From Klebsormidium nitens (lineage: Eukaryota > Plantae > Klebsormidiophyceae): DNA of 64,000 nt. The notes under the pieces were generated by a model. It did not search any database. It had not been told where the DNA came from and saw only the letters and a list, made by a program, of their open reading frames with translations. A program made the translations under genes and the position numbers. The first letter of the stretch is position 1; each line of letters begins with the position of its first letter. Where the stretch lies: positions 1 to 64,000 of the forward strand of contig DF237033.1 in assembly GCA_000708835.1 (NCBI GenBank), read 5' to 3'. Shown here one piece after another: positions 1-13,149 of the stretch.

Positions 1-499
1 GGCCGTCTAAGCGCCGGCGCATCAAGCAGCATCAGAATCTGGAGGGACCCAAGCGCTACACAATCAGAGCCTGATCATCTTCCGCTACTTGAGAATCCTC
101 ATTTGGGACCCGAAATACACATCGCCCCCCGATACAAGCTGTGCGCTCAGCTCAAGTCTTGAGTCGTAACCAGAGTATGAAGCTCTCAGGCTGCTTGAAG
201 TGATTGATTGGAGGATGACTCGAAGCACGCAACCCTTCGAAAGTTGAAAAGTTATTAGGCGACCGAAACAATTGGGACGTCTTAGAACCTTGCAACGGGC
301 AACGGAGCCATGACCGCAGACTTCAAGTCGTTGGGCCCCTAGGTTCCCAGTAAATCACCATTGCCAATTCCACCTTTATTGGCCGTATCTATGAAAGCAG
401 CTGGAATGGTCCCAAACAAATGCAGGAATGCGCCAATGCAAAGGGGGCATAAGAGAAGTAGAGACGTGGGAATGGGCCTCTTGTGCCCACTTTCAACTC

Positions 500-3400
500 A
501 TCACTGCCCCCTCAACGTTTTGCCAGCGTGCTGAATGCTGCGGCCGGACGTCCGATCACCCTTCACAGTAGTGGGAACAAACTGATACAAACAACTTCAA
601 TACGTTCTGGGAAAAGGTAACCAGAATTGACAACAAATACCGAGAGTTCGAGAAAGAACTCTCAAGAGCATGATTTCCGATTGTTGTGGAGCATCATTGA
701 GACCCGAACAGGGGAACAAGCTAACAGAGGAAGTGCCGACCATTGCCCAGAAGGAAGACAGCTACCAGATCGAACAGGAAGGAAGGCGGCGACTCGGCGC
801 GTACAAGAGATTGAACGGCGGCCTGTTGGTGACATGACGAACCGCACGAGACATCAGGCTTGACAATCAGATACGACGTCCTCTAGACACAAGGAAACGA
901 CGGTTGGCAAAAAAGCCCATGCCTAGATTGACGTGGTAGAGGACACGGAGGGATTGGGGACCGTCGCAATTCTACAAAAAATGCAGCAATGAGATGATCT
1001 GCGAAGTTCAACGACACGGTGGGCAGGCTTCTCCTTGATCAGGGAGAACGCGTGCAACAAAACGGTGGCCTCACTGGGCGCCTTTCGCATAATCAGAGCC
1101 CGTTTCGCTTGATCAGGGGATACAGAGTTCCTCAAAATAATGCGGACAATCAACGGCTAGCAGGGGTCAATAGACCAAATGTCGGCATTCAAGCGCTGAA
1201 AGCGTCTCAAGTGCGGTCATCATTGCCTCGGAAGCCAGACAAATTACACGAACTAAAACTAAAATCACAAAAACATGAACTCAAACTGTGACCCATTCGT
1301 GAGATTCGCGGACAGGAGCTCCCACGCAAATGGCCATCTGCAGGGTTTAGAGACTAGGGAAGCAAACAAAAGAACGGCGAAACGGAACGGGAGGACTACA
1401 TGAGGACCCGCCGACTGACCAGGATGATGCACGGGTGCGCCAACGGGCACCACTTCGAAGATTCCAACGAGAACAAACACGGCGAATAAGGTCAAAGCTG
1501 GCAGAGGTAGAAAGGAGGCGGGAGTCTACGGGAGATCAACAAGAGGTGGGATTTCATTTTTGTCAAAAAAAGGGTCCGGATGGTCGTGCACGGCAAAAAG
1601 TTCAAAGGAAAGGTGCATGGAGCATCAGATGGTGGCTGTGCATGAGTGTTCGCACTCAGCGACAAGTCATCGCCGCCCCCCGAACGGCAGACTACAGGGT
1701 AGCAACGAAATATTCCAGATCGACCGACTCAGTATTTTGACCTTCGTGACTACATCAGTCATCAGAGGTCCGCTTTCGCAGGCAGCCATGAAGAGTGCAC
1801 ATTAGCAGGACCGTGCCACAGACTTGCGCCATCGCTGCCGCGAAATTGGCAACCCCTGATGAGGCTAAGCGGGGATTCGATGTCAGTTGTGGTGGCATTC
1901 GTGGAGATTCCGAATGCCGGCAAGAAAAAGGCAGCAACAGATACGAACATTGAAGCGTAGATGGCATCAGAGCGAGGAATGGAAGTGGGCATCCGATGCC
2001 CATCTCAGTTTGTCATTGCCTATGCACCCACCGTCAGCACGGTGTACGGAAGCGCCAGCGCTGGCAAGAGCCATGCGCTCTGGAAAGTAACCGGCTGCAA
2101 ATCTGCAAGGGTGCGTGGAATACCAGAGAAGCACTTTCCAGCAGTAAATCAGCCGGTTGTGAGCTCATTCTGCCTAATGCTGCTCGCAACCTTTTTGGCC
2201 ACAGCAAGGAGCCCTTCTGCGTATGACTTACGGCGAACGAATACATATACAAATCATTTTCCTGAAGCCATACATGACGCCGCACCATCTGTCCTCACTC
2301 CTGTCGGCTATACGACGTTACTGGTGAAAGACCGAACAACGGGTGAAAATGGCGCCACAACGGATGCTTTAAACTGACACTAGAAAATGCGAAGACAGCG
2401 CCGCTTCTTTTGTCCAGTCACAAAAACATCAACGAAGCACGGGACTCCCCTCTACGACCAAGGTAATGAAAGACCACGAGGATTCAACTCCCACGCGTAG
2501 CAGCAGAAACACCCGCGCCTTACATTGGCGACTAATAGACAGAGGAATCGACAGCGGCATAGGACTTCACAAGTTGCTGAGCAGCCCGCTAATACTCGCG
2601 CTTCCCACCGTTACTCCTAGACAAAGGCGTCTGAAAGGGACAGAACAATTTCGATGGGCTGCCGAAGCATCCCAGCCGCTCATCATAGCCACTCGTCATA
2701 GCCTAGGGATGTGGGTTGATCGAAAAAGAGACATTAAAGCACGGTAGCACTAAATTGTGATTGGCGAGGTGGATACTCGAAAGTGCAATGCTGCAAGATT
2801 CGGGCCACTTGCCCAGAGAAGAGACGTCTTCGCGAACAGCGGAAGCATTCCGTTGGTCCAAGCGATGCAAAGACTTCACGAGTCGGTTTATCAGGGACAC
2901 AAGGGGCGGAGCGTGCCGGAATTGTGACGTCTGGACGGAACATAAGCACGCAGGTTGCAGAACTTTCAGTGGAGTGCACAGGCTTTATTAGGTCAAGGCT
3001 GAGGATCCGGAGAAAAACAGAATGGCCGAGCTTTACAGCTAGGGGCTGAAACATCATGAAAATGGCAGAAGGAAAGAGTCATCTTAAGCCCCTAAATCTG
3101 GACCGCGCGGAGTACACGAGGGCGCACGGCCCGGGAGACGGCATAGAGGTACGCGCAAAAGTCAATAGCTTGTGAAGTGGACGGCAAGACTGGCACAATG
3201 GGATCCCCAACACTGTATAGTTTGCATGACTGGCCAGTTTGAACAGCATAATGTTGACAAAGTAAACATGCAAAAATCCCCAAAGAAACGGGATCGCAAA
3301 TCTCAAAGGGCAATCGGCTGGGCGTGAGAAACCTTGAAAGTGGCGCGATAGGGTGATGGGATTGAGGTCAAAAGTGCATCGTTGAGCTTGTTTGGCCCAA

Positions 3401-5400
3401 CTTTTCAAGAGTCTTCATTTACCCCCCCCAACAAAGGTCAAATTTTTAGGCATTGCGAGAACGAAGACAACAGACTGAGTTCGGCCAAAGCCGTGACCAG
3501 TGGACCAACCGGCTGACCACGTCGGACTAGACGCTCTAACTAGCGCGTCAATCTTGGTCACAGGAAAAGATGCACTAGTCACCAAGGCACGAGTTGGGAG
3601 CAGAGGCGTCTGAGAAACACCCGCAGGCATGTACACTTGGGTGGCAGAAGCACCCGAACTTCGTCATCATAGCCTCGAAAGGTGATCAAGAAAAACTGGG
3701 CCGCACGAGAGTTTGTCCTTGTGCAAAGAACCGCAGTGAAGTGTATTCACGAAGCGCCAGATTTGAATGGGTCTAGTGAAACGGCTAGAGGGTAGACTCG
3801 TCCGGTCCAAAGAGAAAAACAACCCTTGTATGACGCTTGCAAGCCGCGATAGACAGGACAGCATAGAGTGGCCGATCGGGCAAGGGGGAGGATCATTTCA
3901 CGCAGAGAAGCGGCTTTGCAATGTCCGCATCACCTGTTCTCCGGCCAAGAACTTTGATTCTGGAACGAAGCAGCAGATATGGAAGAGCTGGAAGGCACAG
4001 TGGATTGAAGCTTGCAACCGATGGGGGTTGTAATACGTCAGAAAGGCGCGGAAACGCCGAAAGGTGGAGAAACCCATGTTGCAGCAAACCTACCAACGCG
4101 ACAGCATGCCAAAGCGAACTTGAACCGCGTGAGGGTTCGGTGGATACTTTTAAGTCGTGACAACGATCAAAGATCGAATGGTTCGGCATCGGACATCCCG
4201 TGGCGTGACGATGGTGTTCGTCAAAGTCAAGCGCTCTTCATTGCCTTCCCTTACAAATCGACCATAATGGAAGTTTCATGCTGGATAAAGATTGCCAGGA
4301 TACTCGCATCAAACCACCTCGTCTGAGGTCGACCTTCACTGATGAGCATGCGCGCAGTCAGATGCCACAATCCATAAAGTTTCGCATTATGTTCCGTCAG
4401 CAGAGTTACAGGGCAAGGATCATGAATCAACGATATGAAGCGCCAACATTCAAACCGCTTTTGGACCTCAAAGTTCGTCCAATTGTCTACGTGGCAACCC
4501 TCTCACATCACGTGCTTTAGCTTTACGTGAAAGCATCACAGAACTGAACGGACGGCAGCTTCAACGGAATGACCGGGTGAAAAAGGCACAACTACCGGTA
4601 TACCAAGTACGAATTGGTCAATCAAGCAAAGAAATCCTCAAAAATAGGCGGAACGAGGCAAGACGTCCAAATTAGAGGGCAATATGAGAGAGTAAAGCAA
4701 TCAAGAGATAGTCGATTCAAGTATGACGGCGTTGCGAAGAACGAAGCGGAATCACAAAGACACGCACCAGAACTTCGTGTGTAAAACGACAACGCGAATC
4801 CAGCAGAAGTGCACTACCTTGATGTGCTGATTACTGGAGCAATAAGCGCATACACAAGCATTCAGACTGGCCACTGGAAAAAGCTCAAAAGGCGTCCGAC
4901 AAGTGCACGATGAATGGGGGTTGCCGAGTATACCCAGATAAGCTTGCTCCGGCCGTCATAGCCTTCGAGACGCAAGAAGAAAACTGCACCTCGTTTCAAT
5001 TGACTACCGCCAATGACCGACTGCCGCGATGGATAGCGAAGACGACCAGAGGGCTAGGTTTCGACGATCATGTGTAGGACCCAACGAGCAAAGTATGCAA
5101 CGTCCAGAAGATTAGCCGGCCGCAGCGGTGCATGGCCTTTCGGTTCATATGGCAAGAGAAGGGAGCGCGCAAAGCTCACAACTGTTGGATTACCCAGAAG
5201 TTCGCAAACTGTGATGGCTGGCGTACGAAGAGGCAAAGGAGAGCGGATATTGTAAAGGCTGCATCGTACCGATGACCAAGGGCAGTGACCGCAAAGGAGC
5301 GACTGGTTGGACGGGACGGAGAGAACGAGGCTCGGAAATTGTCGCAGTCATCGAGGCGGAAAAAGTTGCAAATACTGGATGATCCTGGGGCGCTGTGAGT
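500..5400 (-). mobile_element. Decayed L1/Tx1-like LINE ORF2 (APE endonuclease + RT + C-terminal Cys motif)
   Basis: Degenerate motifs in the correct order on the minus strand across frameshifts and stops: YNIRS (~5250), LIWVYSA (~4940), WRFISL (~4440), NPITLS (~3350), SQAID (~3150), GTLRPLCP (~2910), HLANHNLVL (YADD-like, ~2770), CCIFC (~980). Boundaries are approximate. Confidence 0.6.
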
Positions 5401-6299
5401 CCCGCTTTAAGTCATGATCAATTTCAGCGACTTGATGACTGAAAGTAGTTCTTCCGTTGAAAGGACCAGATTAACACCCCTACTTTGGTAACGAATAGGT
5501 CGTTGCGACCTACACACGAACATTGTCTGAAGGATACCTCGAATCGAAGCGGCAGAGGCCCGGCTCTTACATCGACGACTGTCCCTCCTATCAACCCTGG
5601 TGGGATTGACGGCACCACCGAGAATCGGACTGGACCCCACACGGGCGGGCCCGGACAGACTGCTACCTTCAGCGCTGCAAGAAGGACGAAATTATCACTA
5701 CCTCGAACAGTCTAGGAAGTCAAGGGCGTCAGGGGTCTTTAAGATTGTTGACAACCGGACCCAGAATGTGCTCATCATGGCCCTCAATCCTCAAGAAACG
5801 TACTTGATATTTTTGTTGATCTTTCTGATGCTAGGAGTTGGTGAGATTGGCCGAGCCAGAATGCGCAAAGGACCCTCTGGTTCGTGAGCCCTGGTCTGAC
5901 ATTCATGGGTGTTCGAAAGGAGCAAAGTCGTGCAAAAGTCCGATGCCCAGACTTGTCTCCTCTCAACGAGAAGCAATTAAATGAAACCGAAGGGTAAGCA
6001 CTAAGGACCCAACTAGTGACGGACCGGCTCTTGATAGATTGGATTCCACCATCGGATTCAGTTTAGCAGGATGATGTGGACGTCTCGCAACGCTGGCTTG
6101 TGTCATTAGGGTCTCAGAGATCTTCGAACGAAATCAGAGTGCACAATCGGGCTCCATCTTGTGAGTGACGGGCAAAATATCATACCACTAGGTATCTCAA
6201 AAGCACGGCCTAAGAGGTTGGGGCTTCAAATAAAGCCCGCGGCTTTCGTAAGGGCATTACAGAGTTGTGAAACACGAACAGCGGTAAGTATCCATGACA

Positions 6300-7000
6300 T
6301 GAAACCATAATTGTGAATCAGGGCTTCAAAAGACTGAACGCAGCGGTGGTGCTTTCCAATCCGCACCAAGGCGTAACTCAACACGGCCCTCGATTACGTC
6401 AGCATGAGCACTCCGTTAACGGCTGTTTATTTCTACTTTCGATAGGGGCCTTGGTCGCAATTGGCCCTGGCAAAGCCGCATTAAAGCGAAGCAGCGCAAG
6501 TGGCGTGAGCGGAGAAGCACCGAGGCCATATGGCTCTGAAAATGCATTAGCTACGATCCACGTGGCGGACTGCTGAGAGGATTGTGTAACCAGACTGCCG
6601 TGGCACTCCCACGCAACTTAAAGAAGTCGGCTTGCTATTCAAAGTCAACAAAACAGTGCCATACTACTTTATCATCGTTGAGAGAAATACGTCATTCTCA
6701 AAGAACCGCCACGCACGGCCGGGGGGCCTTCAAAAGTCTGAAACATCTTACCGAGACTAAGGCCTTGGCGATCTTTGACCAAAATTCGACGCCGACAAGC
6801 GGGCGACAAGCTGTGTAGGCCACCCTGAAGCGCAGGCCATTTTGCGCTGTTGGTTTGCGGACACAGACTGGCAGCCAGCAATTGCTGATGTGAAGAACTA
6901 AGGCGGGCAGATTGCAAAACATTGGTTCAGTGCATCTGAAAACGGCTCAAAACTGGTCTAAAATTCTCATTAAGATAAAAGCTTAAAGCAGGGGGCATCA
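6300..7000 (-). mobile_element. Decayed LINE 3' fragment (zf-RVT/C-terminal region)
   Basis: Minus-strand CWLPVC...YTAC...EFWSKI (6698-6922) followed by a WIVAN (W..RN-like) motif at ~6540. Confidence 0.4.
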
Positions 7001-7599
7001 GAAGAAATGAAGGAGTGGAACAACGTTTCCATTCCACCACTACTTTCCCCGCCCCTTGAATGACCAAACCTGGGGAGTCCTACTTACAGGTACAATATCG
7101 AATGACGAGCCCAGGTCAAGCTTCCGGCTTGGTCCAGACATACATGTATTGGACTTATCATTTCTTTTGGGCTAAAGAGGGTGAATCAGCAAGCCGCACC
7201 TTCCACCCCGGTTATAAACGGTTAGCTGTATAAGTTACCAGTGCATGAAAGTCCGGGCCCCGGACAAGAAAGCACATGAGGAGTCTTAAGCTACCTGCCC
7301 CACGAGAATGTGACGTGCGTGTACTTTTTCAGGGCTTGAGGAGCATCTCGAAAGCATCAGAGCCATTAAACCTTCCTGCCACTCTTGGCGCTTGACGCCC
7401 AGTTTCGGCTCATCTTCGCCTTTTCACACATACCCACGCCGTCAGCACACCAGGCGGAAATCAGAGGAAACGCCACGCTCTAAAAGCAGAAATGCATAAG
7501 GTGACGGCTGATATATAATCCATAGGACTCGCGGAGAACACTCGACCCCTACCAGTGAGCCTTACGCCCACTTGAGCTCATCATTGTCTTTGACACGCC

Positions 7600-10500
7600 G
7601 GTAAGCCAAGGCGTCCGAGAAGACACAAGAAGAGGACATTGGGGATACCGAAGCTCCGCAGTCGAACCATCACAGCCTCGACGATCCAATAGAAAGGAAG
7701 CAATCTCCATCAGTCCAAAAATTACCAACCTCTATGGGAGTGTAGTCAACAAGGGTAACATTCAAGCGCTGGCTTCGAAGGGGTCGAGAGAGACTTGCGA
7801 GGCAAAAAGGCGCACACTCGTGGTATTGAAGAAAACTAGACCAACGAAAACAAATGTTTCAAGGCTGGCCGGGAGAATCTGCCGACATCAAGTGGGGGAA
7901 ACGGGCAAGGGGCAGGATACTCTCAAGCGTATGGGCGGATTCGCAAGGTCTGTCCAACTCGCTCTGCCTCCTTCAATTGAGAGTGCTAATGAGAGTGCTA
8001 AAGGTGAGGCTCCAAGTAACGCAAAAGCTGGAATACACGGAAGTACTTGGAAAGCACAAAGATGGAAAGTTGGATATCTGAGGGGTGTAGAAAAACACAC
8101 AAGCGCAGAAAATGCGAAAGGTTGTCAGACCCACAATGACCCGGTTTGCAAAGCAAAAGGAACATTCTAGCTCCAGGGGGATGTGTGGGTGCCAATCCAA
8201 AATCGGCACCACGTAGCCCAACAACGTGTGACTTGTCATCGCCAGAAGATTAGACTTCTGAAAACGGTCGAAACTGGTAATAGAATAGGAAGTCCATCCG
8301 GCAACAAAAGCTGCCAACAGGTGCAGGCAGTAAATACAGGATGCGACAAGGGTTTCCAACGGGGGCTCGTAAGGAAGACAACTACCCATGACATATACCT
8401 TCGGAAGATGTAGATGAAAAACGTCAAGAGGCCAAACCGGCGTCAGGGCGTTGGAAGTATCCAATTATTTGTACTAGTGTTGCTCAGACGCAAAGGAAGG
8501 CATGGCGTCGCCTGGCAAACTCTTTGGTGAAATACTAAACCGTTAATCAGGATATCAGGGACAAACAAAGGGACTGGAACAAACGAGCCGGCAGTGTTGA
8601 AAGCCTCTCGGACCGAGCACAAACCTACCAAATCGCGAAGATTCCTTGAGGCACGGGGACCACTGAAGCGAAGAATTCGGTAGAAGCGTACGGAAGCGAA
8701 CGGATTCTGACACAGCAGGGTGCTGAGAAAGATAAAATGTGAGCAGTTTAGCATGCTCAATGTAACGGGAAAGACGTGCACCAAAGTAAGCTTTGCTATG
8801 GGTTCAAAAATGGCGTCCGTCGACGACGATATCATGTGCGACTTTGCACGGAAAGTGTCTCGTCATCACCATCGGAAGTTCGACCTCTTCGGCTCAAAGA
8901 AAAGCCTAGGGTGGACACTTCCAAACTCCTCGGCGAATTGATGCAAGACCAACAAAAAATTGGAACGAGGATGCATACCGATGAGCCAATGTGTTGAGAC
9001 TTGCAATCAGGAAGCATTTGGTCGTCCAGGGAAAGAAGCTCTGCTAAACCGGAGACAATCTGTTCGGTTCTGTATTCGGAATGACTTGCAGTAATCGTGA
9101 AGACTTTCACAAATCATACAAGACAACTTGGCTCCTGGTTGATGTTACCTGAGACTAAGAACATCAAGGTACTAAAAACGGATTTCAAGCAACGCTTTTT
9201 ACCCTACGACTCGCATCCACCGCCGACTTCAGAACCGTTGCTACGGCCAGACCGGAACGGGGTCGCCAACGGGAACGGAACTGGTCAAGCTCGCGTCGCC
9301 CCCTCTGCAAAGACGGGAAATGATTTACATGTCGCATACATCGAGATTGCTGGCTCGGGGGTGTCCGCATACCTAGGAGCAAGGTGTACTCACATCTGCC
9401 TTGTCTCAAACTCAAAGGTTAGCAGAGGATACATTTTATGGTCGTTTTTTCACCCGCTCTATCTGGATGAAGGACGAAGTCATTGTTGCAACAACACATA
9501 GTTTGAACGACGGCGTCAGCCTGAGACGGAAAGATAATTGGTTCTCTTGCACCCAGGTTTGTCTCATCACCGCCTCAAGACATCAGTCCACGAACCACTG
9601 GTGACTGCGTTTACCGCTCGACAACTGGAACATAGGTTCTAGATCGGACCAGATGGACGCTTCTATACGGACTTATAGAAGCCCGCAGGATCGGCTGGTC
9701 TCAGGTTTGACACAAGAGCATGGTCCGTACACTCCGGTAACTGTTAATGTACAAAAGGTGTCGCGTTGGCAAAAAGTGGCACTCGTCATCAAGGGCTTCA
9801 GATCCGAAGAAGGTGTGCTCTCAGGGCATTCCGCACCCAGCTGTCGGTCAGCACGGCCCTTAACAGAGATCCGGGACACCGCAAGGTCGCCTCGGAACTC
9901 GTTAACAATGCTCGATAAAAGGAAGCGCTACTGAAGCACGGTTACACCGATCACATCCAACGTATCCGCGGTGCGCTGCTGCTAACGTCGATATTGACCG
10001 CCACAGCGGGACGCAACATTTGTGGTCGCCCGTTGATTTTCCTAAGCATGCTGTCCAGCAGGCTTCTGTAAGCGTACTGCTTTACTAGTACAGCAAGCCG
10101 GAGCGAAGCTTCAAATCTTGGCTTCTAGTTGCTTCGAAGCGACCAAACAATTTCGAGGCTCGGGGACTGATGTCACAATTGCTGATTTCCAAGGAATTCT
10201 TCCTTTCCAGATACTTTCAAAGACACTCACAGATTCTACAGCCTGACAAGCAGCCCTCGATAGAAAAGCACGACCCAGATTATGCTCAAATCAGAACCTC
10301 CAAAGACATCAAAAGAAATGCAGACGGACCAAACCAATGAGAGAAAGATGCGAGCAAGTAAGTCGGATCAAAGATGACATCATTGAGGCAGCGATCATCG
10401 AGAATTGATCTGACGACGAAAACCCTAACAGAATTGCACACCACCGTTTGGAAGACCGGAGCACGAAAAGCACTGGTGGAAGAACGGCATCAGAACCATG

Positions 10501-12700
10501 TCGGCAACGCTTGAGCCCCGTTTGCTCAAAAACAAATCATCTTATGCAGTCAGCAGAGTCACCCAAGACGGGGTCCGTGATACGAACAGAAGATACCGAA
10601 TTGTTTGAGTTGCAAGGGGTATGAGACCTTCACGTTTCGATGGGCCCTCGTCTGCCAATTCTGAGGTCGTCATTGCCTTGCACTACTGCCCAAGCGCCGG
10701 AGAAGGAGGACCATGGAGCAGGACATCATACGAGATACACACGTCATTCACGTCTCAAGCGGCGTCAGAATCCGATGCGGCGAGTAGGCCTGTTCTGCCC
10801 AGATTAAGCTCATCACTACCTTGAGGTCGCCGTCAGCTCGTCGCACTGCCGGGCAAGACTTCCAAAGAAAGAACGCGACGGCTGGAACAAGCGGCAACTG
10901 GAAGACTAGAGATCAAGCAAGCGTAAGCTCACGCTGTGATAACTTGAGCTAGATCATGACGTCAAAGGACAGCGGAACTGACTAACGTGTCCCTGAGAGC
11001 ACAGTCAACAAGATCGATGAGACCGTAACCATAACGGAAGGGATGCGATGCAAAGCAATGGCGCTTCAACCAGATGGAACGGGCTGGTAAAGCACTTGAG
11101 TCGATCGTGATAATTGGAAAAAAATCGGGCTGCGAACACAGCAGTGCGACCAACGCCATGATGAGACGAACGGACTGCTGCGTGCACGTAAGTGGCAGGG
11201 AATCAGGAACAAGGACAAAGTACGAAGGCACTGGTGATGACAAACTCACCGGACCTACTTTAAGCGCAAAAGAAAATAGTTTCCGGATGTAGATCGGGGA
11301 GGCCAGCGGGGCTGCACACTTCTACGGTTACGTCACGGTGTTTAGCTTTTGAAAGTGTTATTAATTTGTCCCCTACCCACAAACCGTGACACTGCTGCAT
11401 TATTGAAGGGACAATCTTGACGGGAACAGTCCGCAAATCCTCGTTGGGTTGCGAAAGCACCCCAGATTTAATCATCACAGCCCTGCGGATTCAAGCAAAC
11501 GGAAAGCGAGCGGGATATCAGCCCAGCCACATTCGTAATCGATGGGTCTTCTTCATATCTGTCGAGCTCACAACCGAGAAGCGCATACCAGGGGAAAAGC
11601 ACCACAGCTCAGGCACAGGGACTATGGTGGTGGAAACGTGAAGACATGGAGAGAGCCCAGAGCTGGAGATCTGGACGGCACGGGAGCTCGCCCAAACTTT
11701 GGGGGCAGTGCCAAAGAACGTGGCACTCGAATTTCCGATGGTTCGTTTGACAGCGTAGTTCATTTTTCCGGCCTCCGGGGATGTCTTCACGAAGGGGGCA
11801 CTTCTGAATTTGGAATTATGATGGGGAGCAGGCAAAGCGAGCCGGAATCGGACAGGAGGGCATGTCGTCAATCATCGAGCGCATCGTGAGAGACAGGTGC
11901 ACGCAACGGAGAAGCATTTGATGAAGCTAACGGTTTCGCCAACTCAACTACAGTCTCCGCGATTCCCGTGCTTCAAAGGATGCGCACAGCCAAGATACTT
12001 GAAGGTGGTTCGGGCTAAGTAGCCATGCGCGCGCACTGCGTTGGTTTAGCTCTACAACCGTAGGGGAACTACCCAAAACCCAAACAATACAAACGTTACC
12101 CGAGTTCAAGTTGCGAGGGTGAAAGGACGTCGGATTGAGGGTCGAGAAGCAAGTTGCCCCTCACAGGCAGCGAGGATCTCCCGCTGATTGGACTTTGCAC
12201 TAAAGGCAACAACAGGAAGCATTCGGTCTGACCGCTGTTCCTTCTTATCCGGAAAAGGACACTTTCAAGCGACTCGGTAGAAATTGAGATGTTACGAAAA
12301 GCGAGTTCGCTGTAGAAGGATTGTCTAGAATCGTCCAGCGGACAGCTACTCTTGAGAAATGGTCCTCAAAGAAGGCTTCCAGAACAAGGCTCTCGGGAGT
12401 CAAGAGCAAAGTGGAGAGGTGTTGAAGGAAGGCGCTAAATCAAGAACGAAAGCAACGATTATGGTTTTTTTTCAGAAGGATTGTAAGCAGGGGCGCAAGA
12501 AGGAGACGAGGACATTGGATGCCACAAGCCCTACGCAGCCGCCGTTTGACTTTCCTGGCACTGCGCTTCTACCATGTACATACGCGCGGGGTCATTATGG
12601 TGACAATCTGACGTCTAAGAGGCCGAAAAGCAACTTGGAGTGCAATGCCCAATTCTAGGTCGTCGTGGCCGATATGAGATGCAAAAATGCATCAGCAACG
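7600..12700 (-). mobile_element. Decayed near-full-length L1/Tx1-like LINE
   Basis: Minus-strand motifs in order: SRLE (~12285), EQAY (RT motif A, ~10790), RHG...LPPVLFVL (motif B, ~10470-10510), KYLE (~10215), GVPDL/SWVRNAL (~9830-9880), CSFC...FRIFCAC (~8100-8170). Many stops and frameshifts. Confidence 0.62.
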
Positions 12701-13149
12701 CGCCTACGAGCAGCTCAAGAACGCACTTGATCACAATTGGCCGCCACTTTCAAACTTAGGACTTTCGGAGGGTTATCTCCGTCGGATTTCGTTCCCAGGC
12801 TTGTCTTCGGCAAGCCAGCAGTAATAAATCTCATTGTAAAAGGCAAAATCAGAAACGCTCCTCAGCCGACGATAATCAAAGCAGAATCACTGACGCAGCC
12901 AATGGCTTGTTTCGTGAGGCAACACTTGGCTTTGGTTTCTGATGTCAAGAAGGTGTCGGCCGCTTTTAGGCCGATACAAGCTCCTCCTTGCCGTTTCGGG
13001 AAGTTTGTCTGGAATGTTGAGAAAAGATGAACTCACTGTCGCAGCGCTGCGGTAATATGCCTTTGACCAAACAACATGATCAAGCCGCACTGACTGTCGA
13101 TGCACAACAGAAGGATCCACGGGCCCTCTCATTTCCAAAAGTGTAGCCA

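Noticed and set aside
1856-1863. CTGATGAG hammerhead-core words (also ~4338 and ~52285)
   Set aside because: No correctly placed stem II/GAAA or flanking helices were visible.
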